DNA of 64,000 nucleotides, from NCBI RefSeq assembly GCF_009914755.1, contig NC_060926.1. One strand, given 5' to 3'. The notes under the pieces were generated by a model. The model did no database searches. It saw only the letters and a program-made list of their open reading frames with translations, and was not told the origin of the DNA. The DNA is from the human T2T-CHM13v2.0 reference genome, Homo sapiens. Below, one piece after another: positions 14,136 to 27,786 of the stretch (position 1 is its first letter; each line of letters begins with the position of its first letter). Position numbers and translations under genes: made by a program.

Positions 14136-14490
14136 GTTAAGCTCACAGATGTAGAGGGTAATATGGTGGTCACCAGGGGTTGTGGGCAGGGCAGGGATTA
14201 GGAGATCCATGTTAAAGTACACAAAATTTAAGTTAGGTAAAAAGAATAAGTTCTAGAAACCTATTGTACAACACAGTGGCTGTAGTTAATACAATATATT
14301 CTATACTTGAAAATTGCTAAAAGTATATTTTCAGTGTTTTCATCACAAAAAAGTAAGTATATAGAGTAAGACTGATATCAGTTAGCTTGATTTAGCCATT
14401 CTACAATGTGCACATGTATCAAAACCGCCTGATGTGCATGATAAATGTATACATTTTTGTCAATTAAAAATAAATAATAGTAATAAAATA
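14136..14490 (+). mobile_element. L1MA-type 3' end
   Basis: gaataagttctagaaacctattgtaca...cttgaaaattgctaa...gcttgatttagccattctacaatg and an A-rich end. Confidence 0.85.
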
Positions 14491-15789
14491 TAAGCATATT
14501 GGAGAGTATGTTGACGATGGCATCCTGCTGGTAGAAGTCTAAACTAGAAAAATTGTTGTAGGAGTAAGTTAGGATTTTATGTTCAAAGTCTTAAATATTG
14601 ATATTTTTGGAGATATCACAAAAAAATTAATATTTCAGTTAAAGAATAATAATTTAAAAAATTATCTTTCACCAAAGGGTGCAATAGTACACAGTCTCTG
14701 AATACAATGTTCATTAACAATTTGTAAACTAGGAATTGTTCACAATATAATGCCATATGAAAAATGCATAGCACAAAAATGATACATTCACCATGAGATA
14801 ACCGTCAGATATATGTTAATATGACGAGAGACAGATAGAGACTAGATGTAACTATAAAAATGTTAACAGTAGTTTTCTTCTGATGATAAAATGTAAAGTT
14901 TTCTTTTTTAAAATAGTTTGGAGTGTCAAAAATTTCTATTATTTATTTTTACAATGAGAAAAAATAAGCTAAATTTATAATGAGATAAAATAGAATATAA
15001 TCATTTTAATATGTATTAGATTAAAACGTGCTCATAAACCTTAATGGTTTCAAGTAGCGTCTTGAGTTGTTATTCCATCCACCCTCATCTTTCCACTGTG
15101 CCTTCAATAGGCCAACGCTCTGGCTCTGACAACATCCACGTCAGAAGCAGCTATGCAACAGTCAGAAGTCCAGGAACCACGATTCATATCTGAGCCAATA
15201 AATGTGGATGATTAGGGGGCTTCCTTTATTTTATTACCTTCTGCTCAGATTCTGGCGTATTTCCCACTGGGGATTACCGTGGATAAAGGATCTTAATTCT
15301 TGTTTTCCAAGTATTTGTGTGAACATTCTCTGAACTTGACCTGTTTGGCTGTCCGGGAGCCTGCCAGGAGAGCCCAGGGCCTTCATTGCTGCTCTGCGGG
15401 GCTCAGCTGCCTGGTACACAGACTGCTCTGCTCTTCTTTGCTCAGGGCTGGGCCTGGCAAGGACCTCACAGAGACAGGGGAGTCAGGAGAGACCTGTTCT
15501 CCTGGGCCCACTGATTCCTTCCCAGGGAAACAGGAAGTTTTTCTCGTTCCCTCTTGCAGCTGACCAGCGTTGCCCTGAGCGAGGGAGAGATGCCTCTGCC
15601 AATATCTATTTGTATTTTTGACCCCAACTAATCACAAAACTGCTTTTGTTTTGAACAGCTACAATGATGGCAAATAACTTCATTTCCTACCCTTTTCTAT
15701 ATTTATACACACAGACACAGACACGCAGACACACACACACAAGCACACACATCTATCCCATCAGTTTAAATACTATTTTAACAAGGGAC

Positions 15790-16090
15790 AGAAGATGGGG
15801 AGTAGACTGGGGAGATGTTGGTCAAAGGATACAGAATTTCAGTTACACAAGAGAAATAATTTCAAGAGATTCATTGTACAACATGGTGACTATAGTTAAT
15901 AATAGTGTGTCGTATACATGAAAATTGCTGAGAGTCGATTTTGTGTTCTTACCACAAAAAGCATGTGAGGTAATGAATATGTTAATGAGCTTGATTTAGC
16001 CATTCAACAACGTATGCATATATCAAAAATCATGTATACCACAAATATAAACAATTTGTACTTGTCAATTACAAATTAGTAAATAAAACA
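15790..16090 (+). mobile_element. L1MA-type 3' end
   Basis: ggagatgttggtcaaaggatacagaatttcagtt...tgtacaacatggtgactatagttaataa...gcttgatttagccattc. Confidence 0.85.
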
Positions 16091-17165
16091 ATACTATTTC
16101 AGAAAAAAACAGCCAAAATATCTGACAATATAAGCACACCTCGCATGTGTACACATGGCTTTGTGTGTGCAGTATGTCCAATTTCAATAATGTTACTTTG
16201 AGGTTAGTGGCAGAAAGAGAGGAAGAAGGCAAATCCACAGACAAATAGAAAATTCTTACCATATCCTTAAGATTTCTTTGTAGTCAAAATCCAAGGATAA
16301 AAAGAGGATAAAGAATTCTGCCTGGCTGAGGGATTCTGTCTCATTTTCAATATGCTTAATGGACCATGCAGGTATAGTCTGAAAGATGTCATTGCAAAGG
16401 AACATGTGACCAGTGAAAGGGCCTCGGCCTTTTTTTGCCATTGCTATTAGAGCCAAAATCTACCACTGCTAGGCATTATCATTGGCTTCCTCAACCGTGG
16501 AGCATTCCTGATCCATTGCAACTCTAAGTCTCATTAAATGCACATAGCATAAACCCTCTGACCTCTGTAACAGGGAAATGGCTAAAAAGAAGAACCAGTA
16601 TTGGAAGTCCCTCTATTTCTAATACTATTAATTTAATGCATTCACCAGAGAAAATAATCAATAAATTGAAGTGTATCAGAAGTAGTGAAGTGTAACTAGA
16701 ACAGATTCTATATTTGATTACTGGTGGCAAAGTGTAGAGTTTCATGAGTGTCTGTGAGCCAAATCCTTCTTCAGCAGTTTCCCTTTGCATGTGCCTTTTT
16801 GTGTCACATTTAAAAATACCAGGGCTTGTGGACAATGTATACCAGCTTCATATCTGTATTGATTTTTTTATTCTTTCTGAATTGAATGTGAATATAAATA
16901 AAACCTTGACCTTCATATTAAGAGCACCACCAAAAGCTTCCTTTGTTTGCAAAAGATATCACTAGGCTCCTCTATAAGAAGCTCCAGTGTGAGTGGAACA
17001 TTGAAAAAGCTCAACATTTTCTGTAGAAATTCAGAAAAACCTTTCATTTTTCTTTCTTTAAATATAAACTCTATATAACTTCTGTCAAAAGCAAAGAAAA
17101 GCCCAGTGGGTACCTGAGCTGTGGCAATATTTCCCCAGCCGAGAATATGAATGTGCATTCATAAG

Positions 17166-17223
17166 CAGGATGCCCTGTGACGGAGGGGGAGGGACAGGAT
17201 GCCCTGTGACGGAGGGGGAGGGA
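17166..17223. repeat. Perfect 29-bp tandem duplication (caggatgccctgtgacggagggggaggga x2)
   Basis: Units 17166-17194 and 17195-17223 are identical. Confidence 0.97.
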
Positions 17224-17814
17224 AGGGTCTGGATAGAAAATCAGAGACTCATTCTGGCCACATCAAAGGCAATGCCAGAATTTTGACATTAAAGTTTTAA
17301 AAATATTTATTTTATATTTTATTTTATGCGTAAGAACCTAGAATTCGACATTCATTTTGGAATGAAATCGTTGTGCAGATTGAAATAAAGAAAGGGAGAG
17401 AGAATAGAGAAAAAGAAAGAAGGATAGAGGGAGAGAGAGATTGAAAATTAAGGTCAGAAAAGCAAAGAGCAGTGGAAATGTTTAACCAAGTATTTTATAG
17501 ACTCTCGCATGTATTCAAATACAAATACACAAACTGGGCCCATTTGTTGAGATCTAAAGCAAATTATGAATGGATGGCTAAAAAAATGCTTTTCTTTGTC
17601 TTGGCAAAACTTTGTTTTTAAGTTTTCAGGAAAATCTACATTACATTTGAAACAAAAACAAACAAAACCCCTCATAGTAATATCATCCAGTGGTAATGAC
17701 ACCAGTGTTGTAAGCCAGGAAGCCTCTGCTAAACCCTGGGTTTGTATTTAGTTATGCAAATATTTGTCAACACCTTAATGGTGCTTCCAGTTTCTCATCA
17801 GAAAATGGGCAAAG

Positions 17815-17983
17815 GAGGACACAGTGAGAAGACGGCCACTTACAAACCAGGAACTGGAGCCTTGCCAACACCTAATCTGCCCTTGGACTTCTCAGCCTCC
17901 AGAACCATGAGAAATAAATGGCTGTTGTTTATACGCTACCCAGTCTATGGTTGTCTGTTACAACAGCCCAAACTGACTAAGAC
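17815..17983 (+). mobile_element. MLT1A-type LTR 3' half
   Basis: ggacacagtgagaagacggcc...cttggacttctcagcctccagaaccatgagaaataaa...actgactaagaca. Confidence 0.85.
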
Positions 17984-18571
17984 AATAGCTAATGATGCTG
18001 ACAAACGGACAAGACAGATAGATAAAATTCTCCTTCAGGGAGCCAAAAAAAAGCTGAATTTGTCAGCAGTCAAGCAACAGAAGGAAGCAGAGCACTAATA
18101 TTACAACATTTAAACATTTTGACTTCGTTCAGGCTGAAGCCAGATAAACACCCTGGACTTTTCGGTTTCACAAAATCCCTTTGTTGACCTATGAGTTAGA
18201 GGAAGAAATGAGGTGAGAAGTCACCACATATCATTCTTAGGTCCAAACCAGCTTGATAAATCCTAGAACAGACTAACTTTAAAATGATTATTGGACTAGA
18301 AAGACTGATTCATTTCAAGATACATTAATTTAGCACCCACTGTGTACTATGTACTTATCATTAGGACAAAATCTCAGCTCTGGACAGCCATTCATCTTCA
18401 ATGGACATTCACAAGTGAAGTGTAAATAATTCAGCAAGGCCTAGGTGAAATGCCTGATGTAAAGATCCATCTATATATTCAAATTTTACAAAAGTATGTT
18501 TCCCTTTTATCAACTTGCAGTTTTCCTCACAAAGCTATATTTCATAGCTGCCTAACTGTATACTGCATTCT

Positions 18572-19456
18572 GACACCCTTTTCAACAAATGGTGCTGCGA
18601 TAACTGGCTAGCCACATGTAAGAAAATAAAACTGAATCCTCATCTCTCACCTTATGCAAACATCAACTCAAGATGGATTAAGGACTTAAACCTAAGACCT
18701 GAAATTATAAAAATTCTAGAAGATAACATTGGAAAAACCCTTCTAGACATTGGCTTAGGCAAGGATTTCATGACCAAAAATCCAAAAGCAATTGCAATAA
18801 AAACAAAGATAAATAGCTAAGACCTAATTAAACTAAAGGGCTTTTGCATGGCAAAAGGAACAGTCAGCAGAGTAAACAGAATTCACAGAGTGGGAGAAAA
18901 TCTTCACAATCTGTACATCTGACAAATGAATAATATCCAGAATCTACAAAGAACTCAATCAAATCAGTAAGAAAAAAACAATCAATCCCATCAAAAAGTG
19001 GACTAAGGACATGAATAGACAATTCTCAAAAAAAGATAAACAATTGGCTAACAAACATACGTAGAAATGCTTAACATCACTAATGATCAGGGAAATGCAA
19101 ATCAAAACCACAATGCAGTACCACCTTACTCCTGTGAGAATGACCATAATCAAAGAATCAAAAAACAGTAGGTTTTGGCATGGATGTGGTGATTAGGGAA
19201 CACTTCTACACTGGTGATGGGAATGTAAACTAGTACAGCTACTGTGGAAAACAGCGTGGAGATTCCTTAAAGAACTAAAAGTAGAACTACCATTTGATCC
19301 AGCAATCCCACTACTGGGTATGTACCCAGAGGAAAAGAAGTCATTATTCAAAAAATATAGTGGAACATGCCTGGTTATAGCTGCACAATTCACAGTTGCA
19401 AAATAGTGGAACCAACCGAAAAGTCCACCAATCAATGAGTGGATAAAGAAACTCTG

Positions 19457-19495
<39 letters not shown>

Positions 19496-19850
19496 AATAC
19501 TACTCAGCCATACAAAGGAATGAATTAACAGTATTTGCAATGACCTGGATGAGATTAGAGACTATTGTTCAAAATGAACTAACTCAGGAATGGAAAACTA
19601 AACATTGTATGTTCTCACTGATATGTGGGAGCTACAAGGGTGCAAAGGCATAAGAATGATACAGTGGACTTTGGGGACTTGGGAGGAAGGGTTGGAGCAG
19701 GGCGAGGAATAAAAGACAACAAATATGGTGCAGTGTATACTTCTCGGGTAATGGGTGCACCAGGTTCTCACATATCTCCACTAAAGAACTTATGTAACCA
19801 AATACCATCTGTACCCCAATAACTTATGGAAAAATAAAATGAAAAAACAA
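18572..19850 (+). mobile_element. 5'-truncated L1PB (L1PB1-like) with internal (TA)n
   Basis: ORF2 3' region (tcaacaaatggtgctg...ctagacattggcttaggcaagg), L1PB-type 3' UTR (ggtgcagtgtatacttctcgggtaatgggtgcacc) and A-rich tail. Confidence 0.92.
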
Positions 19851-20630
19851 AGACACTGGAAGATAAAAAAGAAAATGGGTTAGGGATAGCTCAGATTAAA
19901 TGAAGTAGTACAGGGAAAGCATTGAGAATAGTACCTGACTCAAAGTCAGTGCTCAGTAAATACTAAGTGTTATTATTACTGCTCAACTACTAGAAAAAGT
20001 CCAAAACTTCCATGAAACCTCATGGGATCACTGGGAATATGGAGGTGTGGGGGCTGAGTGAGAATTCTAAGATACAGAAGACTATGATTGCATATCAAAT
20101 ACATACATACTTAAGATATTCAAGTACACTTTATAACCTGGTTTGATGAATAATGTATTACCAAATGAACTAATTTAAGAAACACTTAAATGAAATGGAT
20201 GTAAATGAACGTTCCCAAAATTTTGCAAAATGTCTTTTCAAGCCACTAGTGATTTTTTCTTAGTCCTCCATTTGGTCATAAATTTGCTTGTGCATGTAAT
20301 GAGAATAGTTTAAAAAGGTAGTCTAAACATTGTCTCAAGTTCCAAAGGACTAAATACTTTATAAATTCACCTTTTATTCTGCATTAACTGCTGGTTAAAT
20401 AATGTAAAATTCTGGCTAAAGGTTATAGTCAGTAGGTAAGAGTTGATAGGAAAGAAAAAAAAAGAAGTCCCAGAGTCATTAAAAATTATGCTTAGGGGTA
20501 AAAGTGTTTAAAAAGATACTTCAGAGTTTAGATATTCGTGGGCTCCCCCTTCCGCTTTTACTCCCTCTTTCCATCTTTCCCCCTCCCTTTCTCCTCTCCT
20601 TCCACTTTCTCCAAAGTATAAATCAGTTGC

Positions 20631-21020
20631 TGATATGGTTTGGCTCTGTCCCCACCCAAATCTCATCTTGAATTGTAGTTCCCTTAATCCCCATGTGTTG
20701 TGGGAGGAGGGATCCAGGGGGAAGTAACTGAATCATGGGAAAGGTTACCCTCATGTTGCTTATACTGTTCTCGTCGTAGTGAGTAAGTTCTCATGAGATC
20801 TGACGGTTTTATAAGGGGCTTCCCCCTTTGCTCAGCTCTCATTCTTCTTTTTCCTGCCTCCCTGTGAAGAAGAATTGTTTGCTTCCCCTTCCACCATGAT
20901 TGTAAGTTTCCTGAGGCCTTCCCAGCCATGCTGAATTGTGAGTCAATTAAACCTCTTTCCTTTATAAATTACCTAGTCTCAGGTATGTCTTTATTAACAG
21001 CGTGAGAATAGACTAATACA
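20631..21020 (+). mobile_element. THE1C-type solo LTR
   Basis: tgatatggtttggctctgtccccacccaaatc...gactaataca. Perfect 5-bp TSD gttgc (20626-20630, 21021-21025). Confidence 0.95.
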
Positions 21021-21209
21021 GTTGCTAAGTGCTTTGGAAGCACTGCAAGGAACTACGGCTGGTAGAAAAGGCTTCACAGAGGAGGTGGCATCTGACCAGG
21101 GTTAATAATACATGACTACATTATTTTTCTACTTTAATATAAATCCTATTGTAATATATACTTTTTAGATGGCCACTAAGAAAAAGTATGTTTCTCCAAT
21201 TAAATGCTA

Positions 21210-22760
<1,551 letters not shown>

Positions 22761-22955
22761 TGACATTAATTCTCACTCCATTTATTCATGTACTTTTCAG
22801 TTTCTCACAATGATATTTTCCATTTTTTTAATGTTGAAGTCCTAGACTTTTGCTAAACTTATTCCCAAGTACTTTACGATTTTTATTAATTTTATTTTAA
22901 ATTATTTGACACTAGTATATATAAGTTATAGAAATCTTGCAATGGTATAGGTTTA

Positions 22956-23373
22956 TGCTATAGTTTGGATATGATTTGTTAGTTCCCACCCAAAATCATG
23001 TTGAAGTTTGGTCCCCAGTGTGGCTGGGAGGTGGGGCCTGTTGGGAGGTGCTTGGGTCATGGAGGTGGATCTCTTATTAATGGCTTGGTGCCATTCTCAG
23101 GGAGTGAGTAAGTTCTTGCCCTGAAGACGTGTTCCTGTGGGAATGCACTAGCTCCTGAGAGTGTTATTAGAAAACCAGGATGACCTTTGAATTTTTTCTC
23201 TTCACTTGGGTTTGCTTCCCCTTTCCATCTAGCATGTGTCCTTCACCGGAAGCCAATGGTGCCATTCTTCTTCTACTTCCTGTGCTACAGGATTGTGAAC
23301 TAAATAAGTCTCTTTTAAAAATATTGCCCAACCTCAGGTGTTCTGTTATAACAACACTAAATGAACTAAGACA
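22956..23373 (+). mobile_element. MSTB-type solo LTR
   Basis: tgctatagtttggatatg...ggtggggcctgttgggaggtgcttgggtcatgg...aatgaactaagaca. Confidence 0.85.
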
Positions 23374-23489
23374 ATTCACTCCTTTCTTTACTTGAGTTTG
23401 TGTAGGCATATCTTACATAGACACACATACTAAACTCTACAACACAAAGCAACGATTTTGTATTTAAATAGTCATGTCTTTTTATACAA

Positions 23490-25050
23490 ATTTATTGAAT
23501 TCTAATTATATCGAAAGCAGGCAATTTGGTGAGTTTTGCCACATATATACATACATGTGAATCTACCAACACAATCAAGATTCTGAACATTTATGTAGTA
23601 CCTAAACCGCTCCTTTTGGCCTCTTTGCAATCCACGTGTTCTTCCAGGCCTAACTTCTGGAAAATAGATGCCTGACTGCATCTATTTTTCTTCACTATAG
23701 ATAGTTTCTATTTTGTTTGAATGTTGAATAAATGAAATTATACAGTGTTAATCCACATCTTCCAGGTCCAACTTCAGGAAAACACTGCATCTATTTTTTG
23801 TCACTATAGATAGTTTGTATTTTTTTTGAATATCTAATAGATGGAATTGTACAGTGTTTATTCTTTGCAGTTATGGTTATTTTACTTAGAATAATAATTT
23901 GAAGACTTGTCCTTGTACTTAGGTGTATCATTAGTTTCGCTTTTTCCCCTTAGTAGCATTTAATGTATTCTATGTGTGTCTTTACTATCACTTATTTATC
24001 CATTTTCCTGTTAGGAATGTTTGGCTTATTTCAGTGTTTGGCAAATGCAAACAAAGTTGTTTGCACAACTGTGAGCAGACTTTGTGGAGACATATGTTTT
24101 CCATTTTTTTGGAGGGGGGGAATGGCTAAGTTATATATGTTAGTCATTATGTTTAACTTTTTAAGAAACTGGTAAACTCTTGCTTAAATAACCATAGAAA
24201 TTTTTAGGCCAAACTTTTTGTTATTGAGTGGACAGTTTTCAGTATAACTGAAATATAATGTTTATTTTTAATGTTGTTATTTCTTTGCAGATAATCTATA
24301 TTTCAAACCAGCATATTCTAATAACGTTTTTTGGCCTGAACGTCCTACAATATCACTACAATGTGTACAGATGTTTATTTTATTTTATTCATCTTTTTTG
24401 GAATATGTTGATTTTCTTAACTCTGAAGATTGGTTTCTTCCATCAATTTTTGAAATAATCAGCCATTTGCTATTTGAGTATTTCTTTTATCTTATTATAT
24501 TATTTCCCTTTGGTATTCTAACTAGGTTTGATTTGTGTTTTCCCATTTTAATCTCAATGATGTCCTTTAAGCCTTTTCTTTTTTTGTTGTTTCTCTCAAT
24601 TCAATGTTTTATTTATTTGGATCTATAACTTCTTCGGAACTATCATCCTATTTACTAATTCTCTTTTCAGCTGGGTCTTATCTTGTTTAATCTTTCTATC
24701 ACATCTTTAATGCTTAATATTACATATATTTTCAGATTGAATTTGGTTAAATTTTTGGAAACTTTAGAGGAATTCCTGATAATTTCTTATGCTTTTATCA
24801 AATTTTCAAAGCATTATTTTATTTTCTTGCCCAAATTTATGTACTTATTCTATGTTCTATAGCCAATTATTCTGGTATCTATCATTTTTGTGGCTCTAAT
24901 TGTTATTATTTCCTTTCTGATATTTTCTCTTTCTGCATTTATTTGGAGTTTCTTGGTTATGAGTCCATGTTCTTTGAAATTTTATCTGAACTGTGTTAAG
25001 TGTGCTTCTCGGGAAAGGCTTTGTGTTCACTCTGTCAGGTGACTTGCGGC
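23490..25050 (-). mobile_element. Old L1ME-type fragments (antisense)
   Basis: T-rich degenerate L1 sequence (ttatttcagtgtttggcaaatgcaaacaaagttg, atgtttaactttttaagaaactgg, cagccatttgctatttgagtatttc). Confidence 0.6.
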
Positions 25051-25240
25051 TCCATGTCTTACTTTGTTTCACATCTCCTATTTCTGATCATTGAAAGCTA
25101 CAGTAGCATCAGGTCAGAAGGGATGGGCAAAAAACTCTGAGGCAAATGTCAGATCTAGGAATTCCTAATGGCCTAAAGTTTTATGTCATAGTGTATCTCC
25201 CCTCTTCCTGCCAAATATATTTACTTTTCAGCAAGTATGG

Positions 25241-25353
25241 TGTATTAGTCAGGGTTCTCTCAGAGGGACAGACTAATATATATATATATCCTATTAGTCT
25301 GTCCCTCTAAGAGAACCCTGACTACTAATACACTATCTATAGGATACCTATAG

Positions 25354-25394
<41 letters not shown>

Positions 25395-25971
25395 TATTAG
25401 TTCTGTCCCTCTAAGAGAACCCTGACTAATACACTATACTTGTTGAAAAGTAAATACATTTGGCAGGAGGAGGAGGGATACACAATGACATATATATATA
25501 TATCCTATTATAATACATATATCCTATTATATATATGAGGAGTTTAATTAAGATAAAACATAAGATATATATATACATATATATATATATAAAAGAGGAG
25601 TTTAATTAAGTATTAACTCACATGATCACAAGGTCCCACAATAGGCTGTAAGCTGAGGAGCAAGGAGAGCCAGTCCGAGTCCCAAAACCAAAGAACTTGG
25701 AGTCTGATGTTCAAGGGCAGGAAGAATTCAGCACAGGAGAAAGACATAGGCTGGGAGGCTAGGCCTATCTCATTGCTTCACGTTTTTCTGCCTGCTTTAT
25801 ATTTGCTGGTGGCTGATTAGATGGTGCCAACCCAGATTAAGGGTGGGTCTGCCTTCCCCAGCCCAGTGACACTAATGTTACTCTCCTTTGGCAACACCTT
25901 CACAGACACACCAAGGATCAATATTGCATCCTCCAATCCAATCAAGTTGACAATCAGTATTAACCCTCACA
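25241..25971 (-). mobile_element. MLT2A1 (HERV-L) solo LTR with rearranged (TA)n region
   Basis: tgtattagtcagggttctct...tattaactcacatgatcacaaggtcccacaatagg...caagttgacaatcagtattaaccctcaca. Perfect TSD tatgg (25236-25240, 25972-25976). Confidence 0.92.
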
Positions 25972-26394
25972 TATGGCCATGTGTAAAACATAAATATAAA
26001 TTTTTAATGCACCAATGGTTTTTTAACCATGTATTCCATTTTGTTACCAGAGAATAAAATTCTCATTTATTAAGTCAATATATTATTGAATAGACATCTC
26101 TTAGGTGTCTACAATAAGAAATGAATAAGGGAATTCTAATGCCCCAGGCCTCCTGGTAACACCTTCTAGACAAGGCGAGGCACATTATTTGGCCAGCGTA
26201 AAACTAACATAGAAGAGTATATACTTATATACATATACTATGACATATATACATTATATGAGCCACTTAAGAGAAGTTGGTGAAAGCTCACAGATATCCA
26301 ATCAAAAAATCTTAATGGAGGGCTCTTCTGGAAGAGCCCAGTAGAGGGATGGAGAGTAAGAAAGCAGCATATGGTAGGGAATATAACTGACTTC

Positions 26395-26550
26395 AGGGTT
26401 AGGAGATCTGCTGCGTGGCCCTGCCCAACTTTCATGTTACTCTACGACCTTGGAAATAACATTTCCTTCTCTGGTTCTCAGTTTCTCCTCTACAGAAAGT
26501 GTTGAACAAGCTTGTCTTTAAGGTCCCTTCTCCTTCCAATATTTTATGGT
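26395..26550 (+). mobile_element. MIR3/MIR
   Basis: gaccttggaaataacatttccttctctggttctcagtttctcctctac...taaggtcccttc. Confidence 0.7.
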
Positions 26551-27786
26551 ATTAAAAGAAAGATAATCCTGTAAAATAGACTTGTATGTGACTCTCATGC
26601 TACTTCCATTTATTATTAGTTATGGAAACTTTGAAATTTTTCTTCCAAAAAGGAAGCTAATCCTGCATTGGTAAAGTGCTGCTTAGTGAGATTAAATTAA
26701 GGTTAAACCACTGGCTTACACCAGCAGAAAAAGAATCAGACTCAGAGAGAATGCCACACACTCCTACCCTAATTCATTCCAGCTTTGCCTGGAATTGAAG
26801 AAGAAAGGGCCAGGCCAAGAATTGAGAAGGTGATCTAAGGCCTGCAAAAGCACCAGCCAACTTGTTACAGATAACCAGACTAAAAATGTGCAGAAACAAA
26901 ATATGTCATGGTTTCTAAGCCACTCTCATCTCACATCCATTGTCACAGATGGAAACAAGGTACTTCTCAGGATGTCTACAACTTCAGTAAAGAAGTGATC
27001 ATGCACCCGTCTTTTACTGGATATGCTAAGAAATCAATAGCATGGGGTGTTTCCACACTATTTAGAACGAGAATTTAATGTTTTCTTATCTGTCATATGT
27101 AAAAATTGGACTACTTTAGATAAATTATAAGGTTTACTTATGTTTTAATGTAGAGTTCAATCTGTGTTGATACAAGACCTAAGGTTTAGTGATTGCTCAG
27201 GACCATACAGCCCTTCAGTGGCAGAAACTGGATTTGAATCCAGATCTGTTCATACTTCATATAGTATAAATGTGAAATATCTGAGAATTCTTCAATTATA
27301 GGCCCACATGGTTGTGTATGTGATCAACTGACATTCAAAATTATCAGAACACAATTAGGTCACAAAAATCTTGGCCACTTTTTGCCCAATTTTAAATATG
27401 TTATTTCACTCCCACTAAGCTATTGGTGCTACAGTTTGCTTAATCAAGTTGCTAGGAGCTTACAGTCATGCACAGAACATGCACAAACATACTAATGGTC
27501 TTAGAAATTCAGTCTTTTTGCTTTTAAATGATTTTTCTCTTAGATGATCATTTTTACAAAACAGAAGTAAGCAAAGTAGAAAACAAACTTGTAAGAAAAA
27601 GGTAAGTCACGGATTTGTAGTCAGACAAATCTTTTTTGTATTGCCAGTTCAGTGATCTGGAAAAATTGTTTACTTTCTATGGGACTCCTTATTTGTGGAA
27701 CATAGACAATGAGAGCGATAGTTTTAGCTAACACTAGTGCAGGGGCCAAGTATAGCACCAGAAAAAATCTGAGATACTCACTAAAG

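Noticed and set aside
16255-16600. Minus-strand donor (ATG|GTAAGA) and acceptor (ttcttctttttag) pair
   Set aside because: It would give a long 322-nt internal exon with no other support; such pairs are expected by chance.
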